A stretch of 64,000 bases of DNA from an uncultured cyanobacterium (GCA_963719515.1 CAVRCJ010000003.1:448001-512000); one strand, 5' to 3'. Positions 26,531-39,665 are shown, counted from the stretch's first letter. The notes: generated by a model not told the origin, from the sequence alone. Numbers and translations are program-made.

Positions 26531-28141
26531 CTACCACGGTCCTCTTTTGCGGTGTGGGTATGTCGTCTTCCAGTTGGTCCGAGCCCCCTTCAGCTGGCGT
26601 TCTGAAATCTGCGCCCCCGTCAGGTCAGCGCCGCTGAGATTGACGCCTCTCAAGTTGGCGCTCGTTAAGTGGGCATAGCTCAAGTTGGCCCCCCGGAGAT
26701 CGGCGTTAGTTAGATCGGCGTTGGTGAAAGAAGCGCCAACCAAATTGGTATTTCGCAACACGGCTTCCCGAAGGTTGGCTCGACCAAAATTAGCGCCGCC
26801 CAGGTCTGATTTTTGAAAGTTAGTTTTGATGAGCTTCGATTGCTGGAAATCGGCGTCGTGAAAATTGGCCCCAGACAGGTCGGCCCCCTGGAGGTTAAGC
26901 GAACCAAGGTTGCGGTCAGCAAAGTTTCGCTGACCATGAGAGTAGGCGTTCAAGAGCTGCCTGGCGCTGGTGTAAGAAACGCGATTGCTGTGCGGGGTTA
27001 TCGCCTCAATTCGCCCAGATAGCGGCATTGAGGACCTATCTTTATCGGTATTGGTAGAGCGAAACTGACTGTTGTCAGCGGCCCGGCGAGCCTTACGGGC
27101 TCGAATCTGGGCGGCAAGCTTTGCGGTGGGTGAAGAGAGGGTGCCGCTGGAGTTATCGAACTCTGCCGTGTAGAGCGTCAGCTTGGGGCGAGTGTCAGGG
27201 CGATTAGTCGTTGTCATGCTTTCTGCCAGGCTGTCCATGTAGGGGACAAGGTCTAAGGCCCGCAAAACCTCGATTGCCGTTTGGTAGCGATGCTGCACCG
27301 AGAATTCCAGCATGTGCTTGATGACGTTGGCAAAATGATCGCTCACGTGCACATGCTCCCGCCACAGCACTTCCCCTGTGGTGGGGTTATAGTTCATGTC
27401 GCGGGGAGATCTGCCGCTGAGGAGATAGACGCAGGTGATTCCTAGCGCGTAGATGTCGCTCGCGTAAGTGGGCCGCATCGACATTTGTTCAGGCGGAGCG
27501 TATCCCGGGGTGCCGACGGCGTAGGACGTCAGGGCCGTATTTTCAGAGGTCATCGACGCTAGCTTGGGATTGACTTTATCCTTAACCGCACCAAAGTCGA
27601 TGAGCACCAGCTTCTTATCCTGCTCGCGGCGGATTAGGTTGGCCGGCTTGATGTCACGGTGAATGACCTGATTGCTGTGAATGTACTGCACCATCGGCAG
27701 AATCTCGCTGAGAAACTGCTTCGCCGCACCTTCTGTAAGCGGCCCCGTGCGCTTTACCTCTTGCTGTAGCGTGTTGCCGCTAATGTACTCTTGAACCAGA
27801 TAAAATTCTTGGTTCGTGTCAAAGTAGTCGAGGAGTCGGGGTACTTGAGGGTGGTCGCCAATTTTCCCTAGGGTTTTGGCCTCTCGCTGAAACAGCTCCC
27901 GCGCCATGTGGAGAACCTCAGAGGAGGTAGCAACGGGGCGCAGCTGTTTGATCACGCAGTTAGGGTGTCCCGGTAAGGACTCATCGATGGCCAGAAACGT
28001 TGCCCCAAAACCGCCGTGCCCGAGCTGCCGAACGATCCGATAGCGATCGTTCAGCTTCATTTTGGACCCGCACGCCTGACAGCGCTGGTTTACGTCTGGG
28101 TTTACCGGGTGAGGACACATCGGATTTAAGCAATAGCCCAT
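26531..28141 (-). CDS. spkB: Ser/Thr protein kinase with N-terminal zinc ribbon and C-terminal pentapeptide repeats (SpkB-like)
   Basis: YCLNP.C...C..CG, GHGGFG, HRDIKPAN, DFG and GTPGYAPPE; A(D/N)LxG repeats. Confidence 0.88.
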   Translation of the reverse strand: MGYCLNPMCPHPVNPDVNQRCQACGSKMKLNDRYRIVRQLGHGGFGATFLAIDESLPGHPNCVIKQLRPVATSSEVLHMARELFQREAKTLGKIGDHPQVPRLLDYFDTNQEFYLVQEYISGNTLQQEVKRTGPLTEGAAKQFLSEILPMVQYIHSNQVIHRDIKPANLIRREQDKKLVLIDFGAVKDKVNPKLASMTSENTALTSYAVGTPGYAPPEQMSMRPTYASDIYALGITCVYLLSGRSPRDMNYNPTTGEVLWREHVHVSDHFANVIKHMLEFSVQHRYQTAIEVLRALDLVPYMDSLAESMTTTNRPDTRPKLTLYTAEFDNSSGTLSSPTAKLAAQIRARKARRAADNSQFRSTNTDKDRSSMPLSGRIEAITPHSNRVSYTSARQLLNAYSHGQRNFADRNLGSLNLQGADLSGANFHDADFQQSKLIKTNFQKSDLGGANFGRANLREAVLRNTNLVGASFTNADLTNADLRGANLSYAHLTSANLRGVNLSGADLTGAQISERQLKGARTNWKTTYPHRKRGPW

Positions 28142-28595
28142 TCCAATCTCAAGAACATATGGCGTTGTTTAGGACAAACTCTGGTTTCTCTCGTCTAATC
28201 TATCGAGATTAGGCGGCCTAGCTAGGCCTCTTTGATGAGGCGTAGGCTGTGGCTTTTGGCTATCATTTCTACATTAGATGATTTCCCTTGGGATACTGGA
28301 CAAAAAACACGCTGCTATATATGGCTCTGTTAAAGAATTGCTAAAGTTCCATTGAATTGTCGACTCTGCAGCAGAGTTATCCGGATACCGTAAATCCTGG
28401 TGGAAGCACTGTGCAGCATCGGCAGTCAGGCTCTTGAGCGGTCTCTTGAGCGTTGGACTTTCGGCGGCGATCGCTAGAGTCGCCCTAAGGCGGCAGCATT
28501 CAGAGGCCTGTATTAAGTCCATTTGAGACTGCGATCGCCATGAGCGATAGAATGAGGGGCGACAGCTAGGAGAATCATAGGGACAAAGACGCGGC

Positions 28596-31097
28596 ATGCG
28601 AATTTCACTGGAATGGCTGCAGGAGTTTGTTGACTTCTCGATGACGCCCGTCGAGATCAGCGATCTCTTGACGATGGCTGGCTTTGAAGTCGAAGACATT
28701 GAAGATCGCCGCAGCTGGGCCGACGGTGTCGTCATTGGATATGTCTCTGACTGTCAGCCTCATCCCAATGCCGACAAACTGCGGGTGTGCACCGTAGATG
28801 TCGGACAGTCTGAGGCATCTACCATTGTTTGCGGCGCGGCGAACGTAAAATCCGGAATATTTGTGCCAGTTGCCACGGTGGGAACCTATCTCCCCAAGAT
28901 CGATATCAAGATTAGTCCTCGTAAGCTGCGGGGGGTCAAGTCCCAAGGCATGATCTGTTCCCAGTCAGAGCTGGGCTTGGAGAAAGATTCAGAGGGAATC
29001 TACATCTTTTCAGAAATTGACCAGCCTAAGGGGCCGTCCGATGGCGGCACCGCCGGCCAAGCAGCGCAGCCCGAATTTACGCCGGGAGAAGACGCCCGTC
29101 CGTATCTGGGGCTCGACGACGTGGTTCTAGATGTCACGTCAACGGCCAACCGCGCTGATGCCCTCAGCATGATTGGCATTGCCCGAGAGGTCGCGGCATT
29201 GACCGGAGCATCCCTAACGCTTCCAGAGTGCCCCGATATCGATGTCCCCTCTAGCCCCAAACTGACCCTATCCGTCCAAGAGCCCCAAGCTTGCCCTGCC
29301 TACATCGGCACCGCTATTGAGGGAGTGACCCTCGGGCCCTCGCCTAAGTGGCTACAGCGCCGCCTCCAGGCCGCTGGGGTGCGGCCCATCAACACCGTAG
29401 TAGACGTGACTAACTACGTGCTGCTGGAGTGGGGACAGCCGCTGCATGCCTTCGACTACGAGCGGCTGCAGACCTGCGGTCAGGGGGACAATCTCACGGT
29501 TGGGGTGCGCCTTGCCCATGAGGGGGAAGCCCTGAAAACCCTAGACGGGCAGGAGCGAAAGCTGCAGACTCAGGCGCTGCTGATTACCGCTGACGATGTG
29601 CCCGTGGCGTTAGCCGGCGTCATGGGGGGGGAAGAAACCGAGGTGCACGACGGCACGACAGCGGTGCTGCTAGAGGCTGCTCTGTTTGACTCGGTGGCCA
29701 TCCGACGCTCGGCCCGCAGTCAAAGCCTGCGCACCGAGGCCTCCTCTCGCTACGAGCGCGGGGTTAACCAGGCCGAGGTGGGGCGAGCCTGTCGGCGAGC
29801 CCTCCACCTGATCACCACTCTGGCGGGCGGAACCCTGCGGTATCAGGCGATCGCCAACACGATTTCTGACGCCACTCGCACCATCAAGCTGCGGCAGACA
29901 AGAATCAATCAGATTCTGGGGGCGGTGGTGAAGGAAGACGAGAGCCTGGGCACTTTGGGCGCTGAGGAGATCGAGCGCATTTTGGTGGCGCTGGGCTGCG
30001 AGCTAGAGGCTGCTTCTCTAGACTCTGGCGCTGAGGGGGACCGCCAATGGCAGGTTACCGTTCCGCCCTACCGCTACCGCGACCTAGAGCGGGAAATTGA
30101 CCTGATTGAAGAGGTGGCCCGGCTCTACGGCTACAATCGCTTCGATACCACGCTTCCCGGTAAAAGTGAAGCGGGGCGCCTCTCGCCGCAGTATGCCGGT
30201 CGACAGCGCGTCACGGCAGCGCTGAGGGGGGAAGGGCTCACCGAGCTGGTCCACTACTCCCTTGTTAAGCCGGAAGACGAGCGCCAAATTAAGCTCGCCA
30301 ACCCGCTGTACGCGGAGTATTCGGCTCTGAGGATGGAGCTGTTCTCTGGACTGATCGATGCGTTTCAATACAACTTGGAGCAGGGGAACGGCGCGCTGAA
30401 CGGCTTTGAGCTGGGGCGGGTGTTCTCGCAGCAGGACGGATCGCGCTCAGAGCGCGATCTGATCGCCGGTATTTTAGGCGGTGACCCGAAGCAGGGCCGC
30501 TGGGTCAGCGGTGGACGCGATCGCCCAATGGACTGGTTCGAGGCCAAGGGCGTTTTGGAGAGCGTCTTTCGGCATCTGGGGGTGACGGTTGAGTATCGGA
30601 CTCACGCCGATCACCCTTGGCTGCACCCAGGACGCACCGCAGCCCTTTGGCTAGGAAAGCAGGAGCTGGGCCTATTTGGGCAGCTGCACCCCCAGCTGCG
30701 GCAGCAGCGCGACCTGCCGGAGGCGGTGTATTTATTCAATCTCAATTTAGCGATACTGTTGAACGAGACTACCCAAGAAGGTGCAGACGTGCCGCTGTTT
30801 GTCCCCTACTCCACCTATCCCGCCGCCGACCGAGATATTGCGTTTTACGCGCCCTTGACTCTGCCTTTGGCCAAGATTGAGGAGGCTATGCACTCTGCAG
30901 GCGCGCCGCTGCTGTCGTCAGTGGAGCTGTTCGATGAGTATCGCGGGGAGGGCGTTCCCGAGGGGCAGCGTAGCCTGGCGCTGCGGCTGGTGTACCGCAC
31001 CGAAGAGCGTACCCTGACGGATGAGGATGTGGACCCGGTGCACCAAAAGGTGCGGGATGCGCTGGTTGAGACGCTGGGGGTAACTCCCCGGAGCTAA
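28596..31097 (+). CDS. pheT: Phenylalanine--tRNA ligase beta subunit
   Basis: [56 protein letters not shown] and FDX-ACB tail. Confidence 0.97.
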   Translation: MRISLEWLQEFVDFSMTPVEISDLLTMAGFEVEDIEDRRSWADGVVIGYVSDCQPHPNADKLRVCTVDVGQSEASTIVCGAANVKSGIFVPVATVGTYLPKIDIKISPRKLRGVKSQGMICSQSELGLEKDSEGIYIFSEIDQPKGPSDGGTAGQAAQPEFTPGEDARPYLGLDDVVLDVTSTANRADALSMIGIAREVAALTGASLTLPECPDIDVPSSPKLTLSVQEPQACPAYIGTAIEGVTLGPSPKWLQRRLQAAGVRPINTVVDVTNYVLLEWGQPLHAFDYERLQTCGQGDNLTVGVRLAHEGEALKTLDGQERKLQTQALLITADDVPVALAGVMGGEETEVHDGTTAVLLEAALFDSVAIRRSARSQSLRTEASSRYERGVNQAEVGRACRRALHLITTLAGGTLRYQAIANTISDATRTIKLRQTRINQILGAVVKEDESLGTLGAEEIERILVALGCELEAASLDSGAEGDRQWQVTVPPYRYRDLEREIDLIEEVARLYGYNRFDTTLPGKSEAGRLSPQYAGRQRVTAALRGEGLTELVHYSLVKPEDERQIKLANPLYAEYSALRMELFSGLIDAFQYNLEQGNGALNGFELGRVFSQQDGSRSERDLIAGILGGDPKQGRWVSGGRDRPMDWFEAKGVLESVFRHLGVTVEYRTHADHPWLHPGRTAALWLGKQELGLFGQLHPQLRQQRDLPEAVYLFNLNLAILLNETTQEGADVPLFVPYSTYPAADRDIAFYAPLTLPLAKIEEAMHSAGAPLLSSVELFDEYRGEGVPEGQRSLALRLVYRTEERTLTDEDVDPVHQKVRDALVETLGVTPRS

Positions 31098-31233
31098 ATT
31101 CCCCATTAAGATCTCTTAACCTACGGCTGCTACGCTACGGTTGACCGAGCGCTGCTAGAGCAGGAAATACTCGCATGGGCATAGGAGCCTAGGCTTTTGA
31201 TGTCGTCAGCGCCGCTAGTCAAGGGTCTGACAT

Positions 31234-32439
<1,206 letters not shown>

Positions 32440-32493
32440 ATAAGTGCGCTCTGACAGGCGGTTATAGGGCTGTATGCCCTTAAATCATCAACG

Positions 32494-33174
32494 CTAGACC
32501 GCCGGTACCGCCGAGTAATCTGCGTCTTCACTGACGCGATCGCCCTCACCCTTAGGGGCGACACGATGCTCGATTTCGGCAAGCTTACCGTGGACATGGC
32601 CGTTACCGTTGCGGGGCTGCAGCAGGCCATAGCCGCCGTGGTTACGCTCGTAGATGACGTTGATTTCGTCGGTGCTGGCGTTGCGGAACATATAGAAGTC
32701 GTGGCCCACGAGCTGCAGCTGCTCTAGGGCTTCTTCTACAGACATGGGAGGCGTGGCAAAGTACTTGGTGCGCACCACATCTTCGGGCAGGGCAGGGGCG
32801 CGGTCGCCCAGCAAATCTGGAGAGACCGGGGTACGGGCGATCGCGGTAGCAGTCTTGACGGGAGTATGGGCCTTGGCCTGACGCTTCTCCTTAAACTTGC
32901 GCATCTGGCGCGCAATCTTGCTGGCGACCAAATCGATGCTGGCGTAGAGATTCTCGCTGCTCTCTTCCGCTCGAACCACAAAGCCATTGGCGTAAATCGT
33001 CACCTCAGCAATATGTTTCGACGTGATTCGAGGGTTGCGGGCCACCGATAGATGAACATCCACTTCTAAGGCTAACGTTTGGAAGTGGTTGACGGCTTTG
33101 ACGATCTTCTGCTCCACGTAGTCGTGAATCGCAGGCGTAACGTCAATGTTTTTACCTTGGATAACAAGCTTCAT
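32494..33174 (-). CDS. lrtA: Long ribosome hibernation promoting factor (LrtA/HPF)
   Basis: [21 protein letters not shown] and [21 protein letters not shown]. Confidence 0.95.
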   Translation of the reverse strand: MKLVIQGKNIDVTPAIHDYVEQKIVKAVNHFQTLALEVDVHLSVARNPRITSKHIAEVTIYANGFVVRAEESSENLYASIDLVASKIARQMRKFKEKRQAKAHTPVKTATAIARTPVSPDLLGDRAPALPEDVVRTKYFATPPMSVEEALEQLQLVGHDFYMFRNASTDEINVIYERNHGGYGLLQPRNGNGHVHGKLAEIEHRVAPKGEGDRVSEDADYSAVPAV

Positions 33175-33368
33175 ATAAGCTGCCTCCCATATCTTGGATG
33201 CCCACAGCGTAGCCCAAGATGTGTTCTAGGTGACACTAACATTTATAGTGTGTTGCATCTCTTGAGAATTCTTGACGTCGGCGCTGCGACAACGGCCCCT
33301 GCATTCCTCTGATGTTTGAGGAGAATGAAGGGGCCGCGGCTTAAGCTCTGCTGATTTCAGTTTGGAAA

Positions 33369-34169
33369 TCAGTCGATGCTGATGCGCGTTGGGCTCGTAC
33401 CCGCAGTGGGCGGGGTGGAGGTTGCCGCTGGCCCTGCGACTCGGTAGTCGGCGTAGAGGCGATCGCGCCAGTCAAAGACCGCAGCGTAGGCCGGATTGTC
33501 TACGATACCGGGGACGCCGCGCTCCTGCAGCGATGTGGGCAGGTCTACGTAGGCCGCAGAGGGAAATTTGATGTACATGGTCATGGCAGCTACGGCGAAG
33601 TCCGCCAGAGTGGGCTGGTCGCCAATGAGGTAAGGGCGATCGCTCAGCAGCAGCGTCAGCGCTTCTAGGCTTTGCTCGATGGCAACCCGCGCCGCTTTGA
33701 CGACGTCAGGGCCAAGCCCCACCCCGGTGCTTAAGAGGTCGAGGGCCTCACGAGGCACCGCACCCACTAGCCCTTTGAGAAAGTCAGGGGTCTGGGTGGG
33801 CAGCAGCGCCGTCCGCAGGTCCGAGTTTTGTCCGAATGCTCCCAACATCACCTTGCGGGCGTTGAGGCCAATGGAGTCGTCAGCCCAAGCTTCCAGGGCT
33901 AGGCAGTAGCCGCGCTGGGCGGGGTCTGCAGGAATAATTGGGCGATCCGGGTAGGTGGTCTCCAAGTATTGGGCGATCGCCGTGGAGTCGGCAATCACCT
34001 CAGCGCCGTCTTGCAGCACGGGAACTTGGCGTTGCCCAGACAAGCGGTAGACATCGAGCTGACCGATACCGGGGGTAACCTCTACCTTTTTATACGCTAA
34101 GCCTTTGTAATCTAAGAGGAAGCGGACCTTTTCGCAGTAGTGAGATAGCTCAAATTGATGCAGTTCCAT
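33369..34169 (-). CDS. Glutathione S-transferase family protein
   Basis: LHQFELSHYCEKVR, GQRQVPVL, DSTAIAQYL and PTLADFAV. Confidence 0.9.
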   Translation of the reverse strand: MELHQFELSHYCEKVRFLLDYKGLAYKKVEVTPGIGQLDVYRLSGQRQVPVLQDGAEVIADSTAIAQYLETTYPDRPIIPADPAQRGYCLALEAWADDSIGLNARKVMLGAFGQNSDLRTALLPTQTPDFLKGLVGAVPREALDLLSTGVGLGPDVVKAARVAIEQSLEALTLLLSDRPYLIGDQPTLADFAVAAMTMYIKFPSAAYVDLPTSLQERGVPGIVDNPAYAAVFDWRDRLYADYRVAGPAATSTPPTAGTSPTRISID

Positions 34170-34361
34170 AACGTCTCCTAGACAAGTGATCGCTTTAGCG
34201 GCTGACCAAAGTGCCTGGTAGGCGTCAGCCGAGCATTCCCCCCTGAGTCTGCCACAATCCACATCGGGCTGCTGAGACCAAAAGAGAGAACCCGTCTCTA
34301 CGCTGGGGACTGTATATCCGAGCAAATTTTTCCAGAGGCGGGCGGTTCGCTATGATAGCTG

Positions 34362-35282
34362 ATGTTGTTCTTCAGGCGTATTGTCCCCGTGACTGAGATT
34401 ATTCAGGCCGCTAGAGATGCCTTGCTGAAGATGGTTGAGCAGGGCGTTGCCACGCTTCCTGCGCTAGTAGCGGCGATCGCAATCATTGCGGTTACGTCGT
34501 TTATCATCAATCCAATCCGCCGGGTGGTTGGGGCGACAGCTGACCGTCTGTTCAACAGCGAATCACTGCGGTCTCTAGCGACCCAGATGACCACGGTGAC
34601 CGTTTGGGTCTTGGGAATTCTGATCGCCGGAGCCGTCCTGTTCCCAGGACTGGAGCCGGGTGACCTACTGGGCCTATTGGGGTTGGGGTCCGTTGCCATC
34701 GGTTTTGCGTTCCAAGATATCTTCAAGAACTTTCTGGCCGGGATCCTGCTGCTGCTCAACCAGCCGTTCCAGCTCAACGATCAGATCATCGTGGCCGACT
34801 ACGAGGGGACAGTGGAGGAGATCACCATTCGCTCAACCCACATGCGCACCTATCAGGGGGAAAAAATCGTCATCCCCAACTCCATCGTGTTTACTAGTCC
34901 CATCAACGTCTTGACCGAGCGCGATTTTCGCCGCACCGATTTGGCCATTGGGCTAGACTACAACACGTCGCTGCCCAGAGCGCGGCAGGTTCTACAGATG
35001 GCTCTTGTCGACGTGGATGGCGTCCTCTCGCAGCCGTCTGTTGAGGTGGACATCGTTGGGTTTGGCGATAGCGCTATCGATTTTATGGTCCACTTTTGGA
35101 CCCGCCCTGAAAAGGTCCACGTACGGCAAACCCAAACGAAGGTAATCCTGGCGCTGAAGCAGGCCTGCGATGACGCCGACTTCAATATTCCCTACCCCAT
35201 CCGGACGGTTTATCATTTCGACCAGGAAAAGTTTAGCGACCATTTCGAGACGGATAGGCTGTCGAGTCCTAACGGGGAGTAA
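34362..35282 (+). CDS. mscS: Small-conductance mechanosensitive channel family protein
   Basis: GLGSVAIGFAFQDIFKNFLAG, PF..D.I, G.VEEI.IRST and IPNS; start may be GTG at 34389. Confidence 0.9.
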   Translation: MLFFRRIVPVTEIIQAARDALLKMVEQGVATLPALVAAIAIIAVTSFIINPIRRVVGATADRLFNSESLRSLATQMTTVTVWVLGILIAGAVLFPGLEPGDLLGLLGLGSVAIGFAFQDIFKNFLAGILLLLNQPFQLNDQIIVADYEGTVEEITIRSTHMRTYQGEKIVIPNSIVFTSPINVLTERDFRRTDLAIGLDYNTSLPRARQVLQMALVDVDGVLSQPSVEVDIVGFGDSAIDFMVHFWTRPEKVHVRQTQTKVILALKQACDDADFNIPYPIRTVYHFDQEKFSDHFETDRLSSPNGE

Positions 35283-35443
35283 GACGGCGTCCTATTGCCG
35301 GCTAGATCTCTAAATTTTCAGTAAAGTTGGGTCGGGTTGGCCTATCATCTTTGATATAGAACGAAGATCTTGGGAATATATTTTGTATTGAATTGCGTGA
35401 ATTGCGCAGTGAGCGATTTCAGCTCAGAAAAGGCGGGGCTTAG

Positions 35444-38239
35444 ATGGTGTCGCCGGCCCAATGTGTGAGGAGTTCAGCTTTGATCAACATGCGCGTTCCA
35501 CTCAATTCTGCTAGGTCTATGGGCAGGCTGCACCAGCGCGTCTTCCTGTCCGCTTTTGGCCTCTGGGTTACGGTGGGCGCCCTGATGGGGTTGCCGGGTC
35601 CCACTGGGTTTGGTGTTCCTGGTGCAAGGGCTCAGTCGAGCGCTGTGGCTCCTCAATCTCGTCAGACGGTTCTAGTGCTGCACTCGCCGCTCGGCATGCC
35701 TTTATCTGAGCCTCAGCTTGCTGCGCGTTTTGGAGCAGCTGGCATTGACTACCAGCTGATTCGCTGGTCCCAGCTCAGCGATGTGTCTCTCTCTGGGGGT
35801 GCGGTCGGTCGTACCGACGAGGCTCCCATCTTGTTCCTCCCCAATGCCGAGATGGTGTCTCGTCAGCAGGTGGCTGCCCTGAGTCGTTTTCTGGAGTCGG
35901 GGGGACAGCTGGTGGTCACTGGCCGTATCGGTCTCGCGTCGCCCGATACCGTTCAGCAGGAGCTGCGATCGCTGCTTGGGGCGTACTGGGCGTTTCCGCT
36001 GCTGCAGCCGGCTCAGATCACCCCCGTCGCCGACCGCATGCCCGAACGCGCCGATACGATTGAGGGGGGCGTCGTTGTACCCCACAGTTCAGCAAGCCAC
36101 GTCATGGCAACTTGGCACAGCGACACTACCGCTGCCACCCCGCGCGACGCGCCTGCCGTTGTCAAGACCGGTCAAGTGCTGTTTTTAGGGTGGAACTGGG
36201 GAGAAGAGTCTGATCTGAATATGGACAGCGCCTGGCTGCAGGCCGCAGTCCTTCAGTTTGACAGCGACTTTGCCGTGGGTGGCCCTGCCGGCGATGGCGA
36301 TCCTGCCAGCGTGGAGGCTGGCGATACTAATGTGGTCCCCACTCAGCCCAGTCAACAGGCCAGAGCGCCTCAAATTGCCCCTAGTTCCCCTCCCGAGACT
36401 GCTGTGTCCGAGGCTCCCCTGGAGCTAGCGCAGGCGTCTGACGTCCTTCCGATTTGGCCTCGGGAAGCTAGCTTGATGGTTCAAGAGCTGGAGAGCCTGA
36501 TGGGGCGGTTCGAAAGCGCCCTGCTGATGGCAGATTCAATAGCGCCGTCTCTCAACGCCCAAGAGGCTCCTGGTGACGGTTCTGTCTTGGTGGCCTCTGC
36601 CTCGCTGGACTCGGCAGAACAGGTGCAAATTGCAGAACGCGATCTTCCTGCCGACACGGTCGACGGAAGATATTCCATTCTCGAGCAAACGCGGCAAACC
36701 CTCGACGAATTTCCGGTACTGGTCGCGCGGCGGGACTATGAAGCCGCGCGGCGGGAGTGGTTTGAGGCTCGGAAGCTTCTGTGGGACAACTTTCCCACCG
36801 ATCGCCCTGTCGCCCAGTCCGAAATTCGCGCCATCTGGCTCGACCGGGGAACCATCGTCACCGCGGGTTCCCACGACGAGCTCGCCCGTATATTTGATCG
36901 GCTGGCTCAGGCTGGGATCAATACCGTCTTTTTTGAGACCCTCAATGCAGGGTACACCGTCTATCCCAGCCGCGTTGCGCCCCAGCAAAATCCTTTAATT
37001 TCAGAAGATTGGGATCCCCTAGAATCTGCTGTCGAGCTGGCTCACGACCGGGATATGGAGCTACATGCCTGGGTCTGGGTGTTTGCGGCGGGCAACCAGC
37101 GTCACAATACGCTGGTGGACCAGCCCTGGGACTACCTTGGCCCAGTGCTAGCGCGTCGCCCCGACTGGGCCAATACCGACCATGAGGGAAACGCTATTCC
37201 CAAAGGGCAGACCAAGCCCTTCCTCGATCCTGCCAATCAGGGAGCGCGGCGCTATCTGCTGCGGCTGTTCGACGAAATTTTGACTGAGTATGATGTCGAC
37301 GGCCTTCAGCTCGACTACATTCGCTATCCGTTCCAAGACCCCAGCGCGGGTCGCTCCTATGGCTATGGCACAGCGTCTCGCCGTGCGTTCAAGGCTCAGA
37401 CGGGCGTTGACCCCACCACCATTTCCCCTAGCGATCGCGCCCTGTGGGAGCGCTGGACCGACTTTCGCATTGAGCAGGTCGACTCGTTTGTCTCAGCGGT
37501 GTCGCGCCTCGTCGAGCGCCGTCGCCCAGAGGCTATTTTGTCGGCAGCCGTTTTTCCAATGCCGGAGCACGAGCGCCGCCACAAGCTTCAGCAGGGCTGG
37601 GAGCGCTGGGCTCGGTCGGGGGAAGTCGACATCATCGTGACCATGAGCTATGCGATCGATACTCCGCAGCTTGAAGCGCTGGTCAACCCTTGGCTTGACC
37701 CAAGTCTCTCACCTGCGCTAGTTTTGCCCGCAATTCGGCTGCTGAATCTGCCCAACACGCTGGCGGTGGATCAGATTCAGGCACTACGAGATTTGCCCGC
37801 AGGGGGATATGCCCTGTTTGCGGCTGAGAACCTGACTCAAAACGAGTCTTTGCAGCAGGTCTTTCAGCGGACTCAGGGCAGCGTCGATGCTCCGGTGATT
37901 CCCTACCGGAAACCGTTTGAAGCGGCAGCAGCGCGCTACGAGGTTCTGCAGCGGGAGTGGGCCGTAACCTTAGGCAGCGGTAGACTTTATATCTCTTCGG
38001 AGCAGCAGGAGGAGCTGACGGAGCGAGCGATTGACCTCGAAGATGAGCTAGGAGATCTGGCGAGAAATCCGTCATCTAGAAATCTGCGTCGGGCAAAGCG
38101 AGAGCTACAGAGCTTCCGCCAAGATTTCTCCCAGTGGATGGATCTGCAGTCTATCAACGGTCGATATCGCGTTCAGGCTTGGGAGAACCGACTAGCGGCG
38201 ATCGATAGCCTGTTGGCCTACGGGGAAGAGCGGCGTTAG
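35444..38239 (+). CDS. Glycoside hydrolase-like family 10 (DUF187/YddW) protein
   Basis: EIRAIWLD, GINTVFFET, DPL...V..AH.R.MELHAW and YDVDGLQLDYIRYP; start uncertain. Confidence 0.85.
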   Translation: MVSPAQCVRSSALINMRVPLNSARSMGRLHQRVFLSAFGLWVTVGALMGLPGPTGFGVPGARAQSSAVAPQSRQTVLVLHSPLGMPLSEPQLAARFGAAGIDYQLIRWSQLSDVSLSGGAVGRTDEAPILFLPNAEMVSRQQVAALSRFLESGGQLVVTGRIGLASPDTVQQELRSLLGAYWAFPLLQPAQITPVADRMPERADTIEGGVVVPHSSASHVMATWHSDTTAATPRDAPAVVKTGQVLFLGWNWGEESDLNMDSAWLQAAVLQFDSDFAVGGPAGDGDPASVEAGDTNVVPTQPSQQARAPQIAPSSPPETAVSEAPLELAQASDVLPIWPREASLMVQELESLMGRFESALLMADSIAPSLNAQEAPGDGSVLVASASLDSAEQVQIAERDLPADTVDGRYSILEQTRQTLDEFPVLVARRDYEAARREWFEARKLLWDNFPTDRPVAQSEIRAIWLDRGTIVTAGSHDELARIFDRLAQAGINTVFFETLNAGYTVYPSRVAPQQNPLISEDWDPLESAVELAHDRDMELHAWVWVFAAGNQRHNTLVDQPWDYLGPVLARRPDWANTDHEGNAIPKGQTKPFLDPANQGARRYLLRLFDEILTEYDVDGLQLDYIRYPFQDPSAGRSYGYGTASRRAFKAQTGVDPTTISPSDRALWERWTDFRIEQVDSFVSAVSRLVERRRPEAILSAAVFPMPEHERRHKLQQGWERWARSGEVDIIVTMSYAIDTPQLEALVNPWLDPSLSPALVLPAIRLLNLPNTLAVDQIQALRDLPAGGYALFAAENLTQNESLQQVFQRTQGSVDAPVIPYRKPFEAAAARYEVLQREWAVTLGSGRLYISSEQQEELTERAIDLEDELGDLARNPSSRNLRRAKRELQSFRQDFSQWMDLQSINGRYRVQAWENRLAAIDSLLAYGEERR

Positions 38240-38295
38240 AATCGGCATCACGCCAAGGCGCACGGTCCGTACGCCCTGCTGGTGTAGGTTGAAGC

Positions 38296-38454
38296 CTAGA
38301 GCGCCTGACGGCTGGCTCGCGATTCGAGGTAGGGATCGCCCTCAAACGGCTGCACTCCAACCAAAGGATAGACGCCATCGTCAGGGCTAAACAGACGAAC
38401 CACGCCTTCCCAAACAAACTGCAGCGCTCTCTGTAGGCTGTTGGCGATGATCAT
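38296..38454 (-). CDS. Small 52-aa protein, NirP1-like
   Basis: EGVVRLFSPDD..YP..GVQPFEGDPY motif; AGGAG RBS before the ATG at 38454. Confidence 0.65.
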   Translation of the reverse strand: MIIANSLQRALQFVWEGVVRLFSPDDGVYPLVGVQPFEGDPYLESRASRQAL

Positions 38455-38591
38455 AGCGATCTCCTGTTGTAAGTGTTTCAAGTCAGCTTGTGTAGCGTCA
38501 GCTGTTAACTCTATCTTTACCCACTTCACCTCAGATTTACCTTAATTTTTGTGGATAGCCTTCACCGTACTTAATTGAGTTTCTTGAAGAC

Positions 38592-39665
38592 ATGCAGCCG
38601 ATCCTATACGTTGCCATCACAGACCACGGCTTTGGTCACGCTACTCGTACCGCCGCCGCCGTCGCCGAGATTCAGCGGCAGCGTCCCGACATCACCCTGA
38701 TTTTGGCGACCACTGCCCCCCGCTGGCTGCTGGAATCTTACATCCCCGGAGACTTTATCCACCGGCCCCGTGCTTTTGACCTGGGGGTGGTGCAAAGCGA
38801 TAGCGTCACCATGGACAAGCCCGCTACCCTGGCGAAGCTGCAGCAGCTGCGCGACAGTCAAGCCGCAACGATTGCCAGCGAGGCCGCTTTCCTCAAGCAA
38901 AACCGCGTTAGCCTGGTTTTGGCCGACATCCCGCCGCTAGCTGCCCCCATCGCCCGCCGGGCCGGGGTGCCCTGCTGGGCAGCCAGCAACTTTGGCTGGG
39001 ATTTTATTTACCGGGACTGGGGCGGAGAGTTCACAGCGATCGCCGACTGGATTTCCGACTGCTTTTCCCAATGCGATCGTCTGTTTCGCCTGCCGTTTCA
39101 CGAGCCTATGTCCGCCTTTACGAATGCCGAAGACGTTGGCCTAACGGGGGGAACGCCGCGCTGGTCAGTGGAGGAGCTGCGCCAGCGGTTTGACCTCAAG
39201 CTTGAAGCACAGAAAACGGTGCTGCTCACCTTCGGGGGGCTGGGGCTGGCTCAAATTCCCTATGGAGGTTTGAAGCCGTTTGAAGACTGGCAGTTCATTA
39301 CCTTCGACCGCACTGCCCCGGAGCTGCCTAACCTGCTCAAGGTAACCGATAGAACCTATCGCCCCGTGGATATGTTGCCCCTGTGCGACGCGCTGGTGGG
39401 CAAGCCGGGGTACGGCACTTTTGCCGAGGCCTGCCTGCAGGAGGTTCCCATTATTTCTATTACCCGCGAGGGCTTTGCTGAAGCGCCGATCCTCATTGAG
39501 GGTATTCGGCGAGTCTCCCGCCACAGCATCATCTCCCCCAATAGCCTGATAGAGGGGCACTGGGACTTTCTTAAGGATCCGCTGACGCCGCCTACCGCCC
39601 AGACCCCCTTGTCTAAAACTGGAAATCAAGTGATTGCCCAAGCTGTAATCGACGCGGTGACGTAG
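38592..39665 (+). CDS. GT-B glycosyltransferase-like protein
   Basis: HGFGHATR, DIPP, SNFGWDFIY, TFGGLG and KPGYGT..E. Confidence 0.8.
   Translation: MQPILYVAITDHGFGHATRTAAAVAEIQRQRPDITLILATTAPRWLLESYIPGDFIHRPRAFDLGVVQSDSVTMDKPATLAKLQQLRDSQAATIASEAAFLKQNRVSLVLADIPPLAAPIARRAGVPCWAASNFGWDFIYRDWGGEFTAIADWISDCFSQCDRLFRLPFHEPMSAFTNAEDVGLTGGTPRWSVEELRQRFDLKLEAQKTVLLTFGGLGLAQIPYGGLKPFEDWQFITFDRTAPELPNLLKVTDRTYRPVDMLPLCDALVGKPGYGTFAEACLQEVPIISITREGFAEAPILIEGIRRVSRHSIISPNSLIEGHWDFLKDPLTPPTAQTPLSKTGNQVIAQAVIDAVT

Noticed and set aside
35371..35380. SigJ/SigF-like GGGAATAT promoter box (similar ones near 2596 and 54219)
   Set aside because: Short, degenerate matches that cannot be supported without TSS data.
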